A model generated the notes under the pieces. That model saw only the letters and a list, made by a program, of their open reading frames with translations, did no database searches and was not told where the DNA came from. From assembly GCA_030390025.1 (NCBI GenBank), contig CM059438.1, forward strand, positions 15,562,001 through 15,626,000: a stretch of 64,000 nucleotides of DNA, written 5' to 3'. Each line of letters opens with the position of its first letter. Position 1 is the first letter of the stretch. Of the stretch, positions 1-13,100 are shown one piece after another. The position numbers and the translations under genes were made by a program. Source of the DNA: Squalus acanthias (Eukaryota).

Positions 1-177
1 TTTCCTGTCCATCGGTTTTACTGCCAGGAGTGTTAAAGACAAAAATTAATTTCAGAGTAGGGGAAAGAAAGTGCACTGATTCTATTCTGCTCTTCGGGCT
101 CTGGATGTCTTTCATGTATTTTGTATTCATGATGTGATCCAGCATTTTTGTTAAATTTGTTTGTAACAAAGTCAGTA

Positions 178-751
178 CTCACCTCCTGACTCCCCAAAGC
201 CTTTCCACCATCTACAAGGCACAAGTAAGGAGTGTGATGGAATACTCTCCACTTGCCTGGATGAGTGCAGCTCTAACAACACTCAAGAAGCTCGACACCA
301 TCCAGGACAAAGCAGCCCGCTTGATTGGCACCCCATCCACCACCTTAAACATTCACTCCCTCCACCACCGACGCACCGTGGCTGCAGTGTGTACCATCTC
401 AAAGATGCACTGCAGCAACTCGCCAAGGTTTCTTCAACAGCACCTCCCAAACCCGCAACCTCTTCCACCTAGAAGGACAAGGGCAGCAGGCGCATGGGAA
501 CATCACCACCTCCAAGTTCCCCTCCAAGTCACACACCATCCTGACTTAGAAGTATATCACCGTTCCTTCATTGTCGCTGGGTCAAAATCCTGGAACTCCC
601 TCCCTAACAGCACTGTGAGAATACCTTCACTGCATGGACTGCAGTGCCTCAACAAGGCAGCTCACCACCACCTTGTCAAGGGCAATTAGGGATGGGCAAT
701 AAATGCTGGCCTTGCCAGTGACGCCCACATCCCATGAACGAATAAAAAAAA
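178..751 (+). mobile_element. 5'-truncated non-LTR retrotransposon, C-terminal part of ORF2 plus 3' tail (CR1/L2 group)
   Basis: Reads IYKAQVRSVMEYSPLAW...LDTIQDKAARLI (post-RT region), later SWNSLP; ends aataaaaaaaa. Confidence 0.85.
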
Positions 752-765
752 GTACTGCCTCCTGC

Positions 766-779
766 TACAGTGTCAGTTG

Positions 780-813
<34 letters not shown>

Positions 814-1200
814 AAAGGTTCAAAGTTCAAGTCCCACTCCAGAGACTGGAACACAAAAATCTAGGATGACACACCAGTGCAGTAATGAGGGAGCACTGCA
901 CTGTCTGAGGTTCTGTCTTTTGGATGAGACAATAAACTGAGTGTCCGTCTGCTCTCTCAGGTGGTGCTATTCGTGGAAGAGCAGGGGAGCTATCCCTGGC
1001 CAATATTTATCCTCAATCAACACCACTAAAAAAAAAAATATTATCTGGTCATTATCACATTGCTGTTTGTGGGAGCTTGCTGTGTGCAAATGGGCGGCTA
1101 CATTACAACAGTGACTATACTTCAAAAGTAAATTGGCTGTAAAGTGCTTTGGGATGTCCTGAGGTTGTGAAAGGTGCTATATAAATGAAAGTCTTTTTTT
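766..1200 (+). mobile_element. tRNA-headed Deu-domain SINE (SacSINE1-like)
   Basis: A box tggctcagtgg, B box gttcaagtccc, central ggatgagac...aaac.gag block, L2-like tail gctatataaatgaaagtcttt. Confidence 0.8.
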
Positions 1201-1282
1201 CCTTTCAGCTTTCACCTATCTTGGTGGGGCATTAATTATGGCATTAACAGTATTAAAAGCTCATTGTTGATAAGTTTTGAAT

Positions 1283-2650
1283 AACAACAGCAACTTGTAT
1301 TTATATAGCGCCTTTAACGTAGTAAAACGTCCCAAGGCGCTTCACAGAAGTATTATAAGACAAAAAATTTGACACCGAGCCACATAAGGAGAAATTAGGG
1401 CAGGTGACCAAAAGCTTGGTCAAAGAGGTAGGATTTAAGGAGCGTCTTAAAGAAGGAAAAAGAGGTAGAGAGGCAGAGAGGTTTAGGAAGGGAATTCCAG
1501 AGCATAGGTCCTAGGCAACAGAAGGCACGGCCACCAAAGGTTGAGCGATTATAATCAGGGATGCTCAAGAGGGCAGAATTAGAGGAGCGCAGATATCTCA
1601 GGGGGTTGTGGGGCTGAAGGAGATTTCAGAGATAGGGAGGGGCGAGGCCATAGAGGGATTTGAAAACAAGAATGAGAATTTTGAAATCGCGGCGTTGCTT
1701 AACCGGGAGCCAATGTAGGTTAGCGAGCACAGGGGTGATGGATGAATGGGACTTGGTGCGAGTTAGGACACGGGCAGCCGAGTTTTGGATGACCTCAAGT
1801 TTACGTAGGGTAGAATATGGGAGGCCAGCCAGGAGTGCGTTGGAATAGTCAAGTCTAGGGGTAACAAAGGCATGGATGAGGGTTTCAGCAACAGATGAGC
1901 TGAGGCAAGGGCGGAGACGGGCGATGTTACGGAGGTGGAAATAGGCGGTCTTTGTTATGCTGCGGATAGGTGGTCGGAAGCTCATTTCAGGGTCAAATAT
2001 GACATCAAGGTTGCGAACAGTGTGGTTCAGCCTCAGACAGTTGTTAGGGAGAGGGATGTAGTCAATGGCTAGGGAACGGAGTTTGTGGCAGAGACTGAAA
2101 ACAATGGCTTCGGTCTTCCCAATATTTAATTGGAGAAGATTTCTGCTCATCCAGAACTGGATGTTGGACAAGCAGTCTGACAATCTAGAGACCGTGGAGG
2201 GGTCGAGAGAAGTGATAGTGTGGTAGAACTGTGTGTCGTCAACATACATGTGAAAACTGACGCTGTGTTTTCGGAGGGTGTCGCCAAGGGGCAACATGTA
2301 GATGAGAAATAGGAGGGGGCCAAGGATAGATCCTTGGGGGACACCAGAGGTAACGATGCAGGAGTGGGAAGAGAAGCCATTGCAGGTGATTCTCTGGCTA
2401 CAATTAGATAGATAAGAATGGAACCAGGTGAATGCAGTCCCACCCAGCTGGACAATGGTGGAGAGGTGTTGGAGAATGATGGAGTGGTCAGCCGTGTCAA
2501 AGGCTGCAGACAAGTCAAGAAGGACGAGGAAGGATAGTTTAGCTTTGTCACAGTCACAACGGATGTAATTTGTGACTTCGATGAGAGCCATTTCGGTACT
2601 GTGGCAGGGGCGGAAACCTGATTGGAGGGATTCAAACATGGAGTTGCAGG
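1283..2650 (-). mobile_element. L2 LINE 3' fragment with reverse transcriptase domain
   Basis: ORF 1626..2705: QSGFR..HSTE, LLDLSAAFD, GVPQGSILGPLLF, YVDD, LHWLPV; (gtt)n-type tail. Confidence 0.95.
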
Positions 2651-2804
2651 AAATAGCCTCTGTTCCTGGACAAGTTGCTCCGAAAACTCCGTTTTTGAGC
2701 TTCAATATGACTTTTCAGGACAGTCCACACTGCAGAATCGCTACTGTATTGCAAACCTTGGTAGGGAAGTGTTAATTTACTGATGAACTTTAAAAAAAAA
2801 CATA

Positions 2805-3570
2805 GGGCCAGAAATTCGGCTCTCCGGCTTCCTGCGGGTGCAAGGATCGCGCGCGTACTTACCTACCGCGCCTGCCGCTGTGCTTCAGGCCCGCGTGGAC
2901 TTCGGCTCCTGGGCCTCCTGCAGCTGCCGGCGCGCAGTGCTTGCGTATCCCAGGGGCGCAGTTAGTTCGAAGCGTCCTCTGGGATCACGTGGGCCATGGA
3001 GAGCCAATCGGAGCAGGGAATCTCCATTCATAGATTTTGACAGGAAGACCTGTCAAATCTATGAATAGAGATCGGCCCCAAAACCTCACTTAAACTTCAA
3101 ATAAATTTAAAAAAAACATCACATTTTTAAAATAACTATAAATTACATAAATTAACTACTTTAAACAAAAATTTAAATTTTTGAAAAAATTAATTACACT
3201 TTTTAACGGTGCTAAAAATAAACTTACCTTTCTTTAAAGTATGTAAAAAAGATAAACCTGTTGAAAAAATGTTTAAATTCTACTTAATTCACCACTTACC
3301 TTGTTAAAAGCAGGCCTTGCGCCTCCTTTTTTCCTGCGCAGCTTCTCCATAATTACCCTTCAAAGAGAAACCTGAAAAAAAAAATGAAGTTCGCTGCGTA
3401 CGCGCTGCCTCTCCAGCGCACGCGGTTGACCCTCGAACCCCTTCTTTCACGAGACCGGAAGTTCCGGTTTCCCGTGCATGCGCAGTGCATGCGCGAAACC
3501 GGCACTTCCGGTGGCCCTACGGGTGAGTACACAGCGCGTACTCACCCGTGGAGACCCGAATTTCTGCCCC
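2805..3570 (+). mobile_element. ~760-bp PIF/Harbinger-type MITE, copy A
   Basis: Imperfect TIR gggccagaaattcgg/ccgaatttctgcccc, 3-bp TSD ATA; colinear with four other copies; orientation label arbitrary. Confidence 0.85.
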
Positions 3571-4056
3571 ATAATTTCTGTATATCTGATCAGTGATGCA
3601 AGTAACCTCATCATGTCAGGGATAATGTTATTTTGGTTTATATATCACTAAAAAGCTTTGTCAATGACTTTCAGTGACAAAGATTGCTGTTTCAAAGAAA
3701 TACTGCAGGGGCAATTTTTCTAGTAGGGATAATTAAGTGCCCAAGGATACTGTTTATTTGCAAAGAAACGAGGCTGGCTATTTCTTACTGCAGTAAATTA
3801 AACAGGTGAAATCTTTATTGACTATAGAATGATACAATCGTACGACTCAGGCTATTAAATTACTTATACGATAGCAAAATACTGCAGATGCTGGAAATCC
3901 GAAATAACAACAGAAAAATACTTATATTGGTACTGAATCTAACTGAAACACCTTATTGTACAAAGGGGAATCCTTTACGAGTGAAAGTTAATTGGCATGC
4001 GCTAAACTCATAATATTCAGTGTGCGGAGCAATTAAAACATAAATAATTCAATAAT

Positions 4057-4821
4057 GGCCCTGAAATTCGCCTCTCCGGCTTGCCGCGGGGGTAAGGATC
4101 GCGCGCGCACTTACCTACCGCGCCTGCTGTTGACCTCTGGGCCCACGGGAACTTCAGCTCCTGGGCCTGCTCCAAGTGCCGGCGCGCAGTGCTTGCATGT
4201 CCCAGGGGCGTAGTTAGTGCGATGCGTCCCCTGGGATCACGTGGGCCATGGAGAGCCAATGGCAGCAGACCATCTTTCATTCATAGATTTGACAGGAAGA
4301 CCTGTCAAATCTATGAATTGAAATCGGCCCCAAAAGAACAGCTAAACTGCAAATAATTTTTTTTTAAAAACACCACATTTATAAAATAACTATAAGTTAA
4401 ATAAATTAACTACTTTAAACAAAAATTTAAATTTTTGAAAAAATTTAAATACTTTTTAACAGTGCTAAAAATAAACTTACCTTTCTTTAAAGTATCTAAA
4501 AAAGATAAACCTGTTGAAAATTTTTTTAATTATAATTAATTAACCACTTACCTTGTTGAAAACGGGTCCTGCGCCTCCTTTTTAAAAGCGCAGGTTCTTC
4601 AATACTTACCCTCCCGGAGAAACCTGAAAAAACCCCTAAGTTTGCTGCGTGCGCGCAGCCTCTACCGCGCACGCGGTTCACCTCTGAACCGCTCCCTTCA
4701 CGAGACCGGAAGTTCCGGTTTCCCGCGCATGCGCAGTGCATGCAGGAAACCGGCACTTCAGGAGGCCTTGCGGGTGAGTACACAGCACGTACTCACCCGG
4801 CAAGGGCTGAATTTTTGACCC
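4057..4821 (+). mobile_element. Same MITE family, copy B
   Basis: TIR ggccctgaaattc/gaatttttgaccc, TSD AAT. Confidence 0.85.
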
Positions 4822-5617
4822 AATATTTTATGCTAGCATTAGGGATTTTATATAGAAGAAATGAGTCAATGCATTAGAGTTCTGTTTAGATCAGATGTGC
4901 ACATACATTTGGAATTGATAATATTAAATTTTTATTGATATATAGAGTTACATTAGATTAGATCACATTAGATTTGACATGCAAACCTGTCATTATTCTT
5001 TACTATGTTTTACTCAATAGCACTGAAGACTGTGTGAGTATGTAACAATCTCAAGAGGAAATGACAAAGTGGTGCAGAGTAAATTACAGTGACATCTAAA
5101 TTGTCTGCCAGGGAAACAGTTTATTTAGTGGCCATTATAAAATTTAGCAAGAGCACTGTGTTTGGTGCCAACACAGCAACTGCCACACTCAGCTGGATTT
5201 TGTTTTGTTTGGACCTATTATTGCAATTAAATGGGTAAATGTATACTTGAGAGTGGGCCGCTGGGTCTGAGTTCACCAGAGTTTAAGTGAAAGATGAAGT
5301 CTTAATTGACACAGCGGGAAAATGCACGTGACAAGCTTTCTGAGTTTTTCAACAGTCTGTTTCAATTGAAAATACTAATGTAGGCAGAACTCCATAATTG
5401 TCTCCAGTTGAAATGTATGCAAAGTTTGGAGATCAATTGTAGAGGTAAATAGGTCAACCTATCCTTTCTATACATTTCTTAACTGATTGTTGTTTAGAAA
5501 GTGGATATTTCTTTTTAAATTTCTTGGGGTGCGATACGGTGGCGTGGCATATTGGCAATCCGACATATTGCATCATATTGTGGTAGCAAGGTTTGGCCTT
5601 GCCAGTGTAAGGATGAA

Positions 5618-5790
5618 TGTGAGAAGTCGCACAACACCAGGTTATAGTCCAACAGCTTTATTTGAAATCACCTGACAAAGGAGCAGCACTCCGAAAGCTT
5701 GTGATTTCAAATAAAGCTGTTGGACTATAACCTGGTGTTGTGCGACTTCTCACAGTTGTCCACCCCAGTCCAACACCGGCATCTCCGCAT
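5618..5790 (+). mobile_element. Penelope-like element terminal fragment with inverted duplication
   Basis: Perfect 54-bp inverted repeat 5618-5671/5701-5754; 15-bp flanking direct repeat cagtgtaaggatgaa at 5603 and 5791; hammerhead-like loop. Confidence 0.75.
5664..5708 (+). ncRNA. Minimal type I hammerhead ribozyme-like motif, core variant
   Basis: gaaatcac-CTGACAA-aGGAGcagcaCTCC-GAAAgcTT-gtgatttc. Helix I, helix II and palindromic AAGCTT are present; CTGACAA departs from CUGANGA at G8. Confidence 0.55.
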
Positions 5791-7037
5791 CAGTGTAAGG
5801 ATGAACAGAGGGGAAGATCAGTGCTTCTTCACAAGGGTGGCTAGAAAATTGAAGGGACAGTGATCCATCCCCCTGCCTTCTCGCCCAGCCACACTTTCGC
5901 ATTTCCTGCCACAAGATCTAAAGCAAAATTGAATTGGCAGCTGCCGGGGAGATGTTCAGCTGCCCACCCTTTTGTTTGAAGAATGGTGGACATGGACTGG
6001 GAATGCGATGAGAGAGGAAAAAATTAAAAGTACATTCCTTTTTTGGTGGGGAGGAGGGAAGTGAAGTATCTTGGGCTTGTGACAAAGAGAAATTACATTC
6101 CTGCTTCGCTGTGATTAAAGTATCTGGACTGACAGTAAATGATTTCAAAAATGAGCCCTAGTTCCAGAGCCGAAGTGCTTGTGGCTCTAAGCACCACTGA
6201 CAGCTGATTACCAGAGGCATCTTTGCAAGGAGCCTGCGGCTGCATTAAGTGGCCTTTAGTTCTGATGATATTCCACAATGTATATTTATCACCAGGAAAT
6301 GGTTTTGGAATATTGGTCTAATCCAGTTTAATGTGATCTCTGCTAAGCTTCTAATACACTAATCAAGCACAACCTAATAAAAGTCCAATGCCCCTACTTC
6401 ATGACAAAATTAAACTCTTTTATCCCCGTGCTATAGTCGCACCTACCTGTTGCGTCAAAGCTAAAGCAATTTTGGTTACATACTAACGTGTTTGCATATT
6501 ACAGATACAACTGTTCAAAATAGTTGGTAGTTTCGATCTTCCTTCAAGGATGCTGTCAGTTTCAGAGTGCTTTTCAATTCTGCTGGTAAGATTCACTGAA
6601 TGACCCGATGATCTGGGCTGGATCTTCCTCTTTACGGTGGTGTTCCAGCAGGGCGGGAGTCCCAGCCCACCCCTCTGACACAGCCAGAACCCTGTCCCAT
6701 TTTCCTGGGTCGAAGGTCATTATCCATGCCCGGCAGGATTCCTGCTGTCAAGAGTGAGCCTGCCAAGCCACTGAGGAACACTGAATTACAATATCTCAGG
6801 TGTTGATGGTGAATAAGTCAGAAAGCAAAAGTGGGATATAAAGGCTTTTCGTTCTACTTAAGTCTCAGCTATTAAACATATCGATCATCTGCAACTTGCA
6901 CAACTCTTCCCATTTTATGCTGTAAAGCATTACAGGGTAGAATGCTTCTTTATTTGATCGTGTTGTCACACAGCGTCAAATTGTTAACCTTCAGAAAACT
7001 AATTCCTTTTTCTTTTTAATTTCCTTTTTATTTGCAG

Positions 7038-7115
7038 CCAACACGATCTTCTTCTGAAAGTATTTCCTCCAGACCTGGTTCTAGCATCCCTGGTTCACCC
7101 GGTCACACAATTTAT
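7038..7115 (+). CDS. ABLIM1: ABLIM1-like exon [26 protein letters not shown]
   Basis: Long pyrimidine tract + tttgcag acceptor, gtgagt donor, 78 nt, phase 0-0; near identical to the ABLIM1 segment after the last LIM domain. Confidence 0.93.
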
Positions 7116-10100
7116 GTGAGTAACTATGGTACATTTCTTTGTTCTTGAATTCAAAATCTCTAATAAATAAAAAATAATACGGACGATTTTCCTCTGACCT
7201 TACACCAGTTTCCCAGCATAACTCAGGTGAAGCCCTGACCCAAAGAGGGGTCATGCATAGCCAAATGAGGCGGTAATAAATGAATGACATTATATGCCAC
7301 ATTTTCTGTCATTACTACCTCGCAATGCTGGATGCCAGGAACGCTTTGTACATCAGGCGTTGCTAGGGCTGACAGCGACCTTTTAAAAATTAAATGGCTA
7401 GGGAGAGCAATCACCCACCCACTTCAGCTGGGATGTTGCGGAGGCCAGATGCTTTTCCCAGCCTGGAAGAGGACGGCCCTTTAAGCTGCTGCAGGTGCCA
7501 GAGTGCTGCAGCAGTCAGGATTTTCTACTCCCCACCGTGACGGGCTCCACAGCGCCGGTAGAAACGCCGCCGCGAGCTGCCAAAAGATTTCATATGAGTC
7601 AATCCTGAGAAATTTGCTGGAATGAGTAGCACACGTCTGACTGGATGGAATTTCCCGCCCGCCACTCCTATAGTGGCATAGTTGCTGAAGAGGAAAGTCT
7701 CAGCAGACACCTTTTGTATGATTTTCACTTTTTTTCCTCATGTTATAAGACTGAACTTGAGTAACAGCCTTTGGGGGAAAAATTCAGTTGCTTTGTGCCT
7801 CCCGTTAGCACCCTAAGAGGGCGTTAACGGGGCACAAAGCAACTAGCGCCTGGGCGCGGCGCCGCCAACGCATCCCGCGAAATTCAGCGGGAGGTTAGTG
7901 GCGATGCTAACCGTTAGCGCCCCGCGACGCTGCGCCGCCGGCGATGATGTCATCACCGTGCGCAGCGCCCCGCTCGCGCACCGGCCGCAATCTTCGGTAG
8001 CGCCCCCTGACTTACGCTATATCCGACGGGGTCAGGGGGGCCTACCTGCGGCCGGGGCGGCGCTATTTAAAGGCGAGGTGCCGGGCGGCCATTTTTGTTG
8101 CTGGTCGCCTGCCAGCACCTGCCTCCACTCCCGTCCCTGGCCTCCTGACCCGCACACCCCCGCCCCTGCACTCCGATCCCCAGTGGCCCAGCTGGGCCCT
8201 GGGTTGCGCTGCGCAAGGCCCCTCCCCTTTAAGAAGGGGAGGAAGGCCTGCAATACCGCGGCGCGACCGCTGCACCACATAGCGCCGCGATATTCCCTCG
8301 CAGCACCCCAAGAGGGAAGCGGGGCGCTTCCAGTAGCGCCCCGCATCCCTCTTGGGGTGCTACCACTCAATTTCAGCCGTGGGGGCGTTAATTTTTCCGG
8401 GGCGCGACTCAATTTCTCCCCCTTTATCTCTTAATATACCTGACCGTAAATTCTGGGATGATGTATTCTTTCTCTGCACTGCTTACGTAGTCACACAACT
8501 GTGTAGTGTTATATAACGCATGACAAAATAAAAGTGATTTCCCAGACAGTAAAATAAACAAGCAGTTGCACACTGTGGAAACAGTGATGAGGACGCAATT
8601 GCATTTGACATGTTTCATTAGTACATTCGACCTTTGATGTTGTTTCTGTGTGTACTGGCATTAATATTATGTAAAATGTCGCTACTTTGACATGTTTTCA
8701 TGAGGCTCTTCTTTCCCTGAAGGCAAGTTGCCAATGAGTGAAAAAACTAAAGCCTGGCGGAAATCTGGGGGGAAAAAACCAGTCCATTCAGCCGTTCAAA
8801 CCCACTTTTTTCCAACTTCCCAGCCATGGACTCCAGGGTGATCTTCTGAGGCCGAGGTTGGCCTGAAGACAAATGGTTGGGGTGGAGTAGATAGAGCTTC
8901 ACATTGCATCTACCCCTTGCTATACTGATCTGTGAACGTTTAATGCTGACACAGTCAAGTAAAATACACCCAAAACAAACAACAAAAACGTATAGCCTAT
9001 TCTATTTGAAACTGTGATGTTCATTACTGTTTCTTTAGATTAAGTTTACTGTTATCTCATACCCTCACTTGAGTTTGAGAAATGTGACCACATAAGCTGA
9101 GGTGAGCTGAATTATTCTTGTATGTTTTATCTTTCCAGGCAAAAGTGGACAATGAGATTCTTGACTACAAGGATCTGGCTGCCATTCCCAAAGTGAAGGC
9201 CATTTATGACATTGAACGCCCTGACCTGATCACCTATGAGCCGTATTTTGGCGCCACCTTTGAGGATAGACATGAACGTCATAGTATGGGAGAGGTATAG
9301 TACAACCAACTGCCCTTAATAAGTCAGTTTCAAAACACTAGATCACCCATTGTCCTGTATTTGTTCCATTAAACATTTTGGGGTCAATTTTCGATTCTGG
9401 TATACCCTGGGTTAGATGATGGGCAGGGTGTCCACTCCACCTGCCCAATGACGTCAGCGGAAGGGCCGATCAATTTTCGTGATTGGGGCTCATTTCAATA
9501 CAGGTGGTAAACTGCGAGCACTAGTTGTGCTGCTTATAGGCAGCTTACCATTTTGGAGGGCAGGAAGTCTGGTGGAGTACAGACTGAAGTGTGCTTGCAG
9601 CAGCCCCTAAAACGGGGAGGGCTGAACAGGTCAGGGGTCAACGGGGCTGCAGATTCCAGTGCTCGGGAAAAGTAAAGAACACACACTAAACAGCAAGGAG
9701 GTGAAATTAAGGGAGCCTTTAAGGTTTAAAAGCCCCACCAATAATGAAGGAAAAGTCATTACCAGACCTGCCTCCAGCTTAACTTGACTGAAACTTATGG
9801 TCCCTTTAAGTTTAACTTGACTGCAATTTATAGTCCCTTTAAGTAGCGCAGCAAATGGCCGCCTCTCGACCTGTACTACCTATGGTTTGTGGGCAGGTTG
9901 AGGAAGCAGCAATGGGCGGGCTTCTGGCGCTAAGTGAACGATTTTTTTTGGTACAGTTTTTGTCCCAATACTGCCCCATTCACACCGAGAAATGGGCGGT
10001 AGGGAGATGATAATCAGTCCCCTTGTTTCTAACACCAACTAGTAATGAATGTTTGATAAGAAAAATTCAAAGATAACTGATAAATTTTTCTTCGTCACCA

Positions 10101-13100
10101 AATAGAGGAAAATAATACAATATAAATGTTATTAAACATGTATCAATTAAAGAGATATTTGTATTTTAAAGCTATGCACGAGAAATCATAGACCAGTAAA
10201 GGGGTGGCTAGTATCGACTGACGCTCATTGCCGAATGTTAAAAACTGATTCTTTGTTGACAGTCTCAATACGCAAGAAGTGACAACGACTCGCTTGTTCA
10301 GAGTGAAATTGTAAGTTGGTGACAAATGTCTGTTTTGCACAAGAATGTTTGTGCAATGAAACTTTATTAACCTTCTCTGGTTGCTGAACCTAATGGGCAT
10401 GGTCAATAGAAATCTGCAGAAAACTGGGGTAAACTCTGCATAACATTGCACGCATTGAATGTATCCCTCCCCACATTCTCATCTAACACTTGGGCGCAAA
10501 GGTAACTAATAACTGAAATTGGGTATTTTGGCATTTTCCATTATTACGATTGATGGGGACAACTGGTCACGTGAAATGAATGGGGAGTTGCAGATTTCTG
10601 TGAGTCCCATAGAAAGGGTGAAGCATTTTTCTATTGACCTTACTAATAGGGTTACTACCTCAGTGAAACAAAGGCCTGATTTTTAAGAAAGCATTTGAAT
10701 TCCAGTTGGAGAGGTTCCTCTTGAAACAAGACATTAGCAGAGTTTTCCCCATTGTCAAATTTGTCTCATTGTTAAAGCAATTTTTCAATCTAAAGAAATG
10801 TTTGCCCAGTTCCATTTCCATCCAAGATCACGTTTTCAATACTTTATATGATCTCTAAAGTTGTTTAACCCTCCAAGTCATGGCCTATGCTGTACGCCTG
10901 CCACTGCAACTTCCCCAGGGAGCAGGAGGAGTGCAGTGATGGGTCAGACGTGCACCACATAATTATAATCACTCACTTCCATTGTATCAGTCCACAATGA
11001 CGTGGCAGTTACAAGATCAACCCCAGGGGTTTGAGAATAGCTAAAAACATTTTCACTGCAAAAACACAATAGTTGCACGACCTGGGTCGTCACTGTATGT
11101 GCTTTAAAAATCAGGCCCGAAGTGACTTGTAATTGAACTTGGGTATTTGGGGCTTTTACCATTCTTTCGATCGTTGACGCTGTCACAATCCGCCAGCTTC
11201 ATGGCAATTGTCGTTATTGTGAGAAAAGGAGAAAAGCTAATAAGTTAAAATGACTTCAATCTCCTCATTGTTATCAGTAAGAATGTGGACAGATGTTACA
11301 ATGCAAAGATTTAACTAAATCTATTGGAAGTTGTGAGCCGAGGTTCTTAGCCTACGGAAAATGCACTGTGCGGTGGGTCTGCAGTTTTGACATGTGATTT
11401 AGAACCCATGGAGTGAATGGAGTGCGGGGGAGAATTCAGTGACATCATAAGCGCATTTGTGAAAATTTCCTCTGCTTATTATTTCTATCAAACTAGTAAA
11501 CAAGTTCCAGGGGTAAATTTTCCTCTTTAGCATTCCAGAGCGTCAGTCACTGGGAGTGCTATAGACAAAATTTACCCCACAATCTATAAGCGTAGCCATA
11601 GCCTTTGGGTGAGAGGTTGTTTGCTCCCTTGACCGACCGCCTATTGTTATACTCAATCCTTTACCCTGAGCCTTGGCTGTAGCTCCCTGGCACCGACACT
11701 AAAGGAACTGGAAGCTCCTACTACCTGCCAGTTGTCATGACATGTTACATATACCAAAAGCCATTTGCTGCCAGCGCAGAAATTCAGGCCATGATTTGTT
11801 TTTCCTGTTGTGACAGTTATTGCTACATTTGTCATTCAGCCCTACCACTGGTAGCAGCCCCAATGTCTGTGGCAGCATTGTAATGTAAATGAGACATTGC
11901 TATTGGCTCTGGAGGAGCAGAGAATCACCTCAAGAAGCATTTTCGCCCAAACTGCTGCTGACGACAGCATCAGTCACCATTTTATCTGGCCATGGACAGG
12001 CCAGGCGTTCAGTGTTTTCTTAGATGCCAGTGATGTGGTTTTCCACTTGATGGCTTCTACACACTTTCCCCAGCCATCAGAGAAGGTCTGCAGTCAGAAG
12101 TCAAAGACTGTTTCCACTAGCAGATGGGTCAGCAACCAGATTTAAGATAATTGGCAAAAAAGCCAGAGGGGAGATGAGGAGATTTTTTTTTTACTCAGTG
12201 AGTTGTTATGATCTGGAATGCACTGCCTGAAAGTGGATTCAATAGTAACTTTCAGTAGGGAAGTGGATATATACATAAAATGGAAAAATTTGCAGAGCCA
12301 CGGGGAAAGAGCAGGAGAGTGGGATTAATTGGACAGCCCTTACAAAGGGCCGGCACAGACATGATGGGCCGAATGGCCTCCTCCTGTGCCGTATGATTCT
12401 ATATGATGATGGTATCAAGGATATTCAAACTGTGCAACACTGGACCTTCAACGTCTTATGGAACCACTTCAAATAGAAGCAGTTCTGTAATATAAACCCA
12501 GCATTTGTTACTCTTGTTAAAGAAAGGACAATAAACAATCCTTCTGCTGTGTTAATTTATCTGCATTAGATATCTCTTTGTAATTAATACCAGTCACAAA
12601 AGAACTGAAAGGCTCCCTCCCGAGTCAAATTTTGTACCAATAACACACTCGTATTTGAAGTGGTGAGGTGGTGGTGACCCAGGATTCTCTAAGAGTAGAG
12701 TCCATACTAGGTTCACTCCAGTAGTAACTTCATAACACAATGGCACATTTACATTGATAGTGTGCCACTGGTGGCAAGCCTGATGCTGATATCACAGAAC
12801 CAAATATGTGACCCAACCTCTGTGATCTCAGTGACAGCAAGGACTCACCTTTCCAGAGGTCAGAATAATGGAGGCCCTAGGTGCAGAAAACAAGTATTCG
12901 CTTCCCCCACTGAACCTCCAATTGGGCCCACAATCGGCAGTGGCATATTGCCAAAATAAAAAGAGGAGAATGATGGTTCTCCACTTGAGCAATGCTCTGC
13001 AGGAGCCCTGCAGAAATGCTAAAGTGCCTTGAAAAGGGCATTAGCAGTGTTTAAATTAATATATTTATTACTAAAAGCAAAGCACACTTTTTACGCAATC

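Noticed and set aside
1626-2705. Functional reverse transcriptase gene
   Set aside because: 5'-truncated L2 copy with no endonuclease; the ORF start is in flanking non-element sequence and the frame ends early
1-7037. LIM-domain exons or start codon of the gene
   Set aside because: I found no CxxC or WHPxC coding segment with splice sites by eye; a small exon could have been missed
7898-8434. 178-aa ORF or host CpG-island promoter
   Set aside because: Lies almost entirely within a TIR- and TSD-bounded GC-rich MITE; overlapping ORFs on both strands reflect GC content
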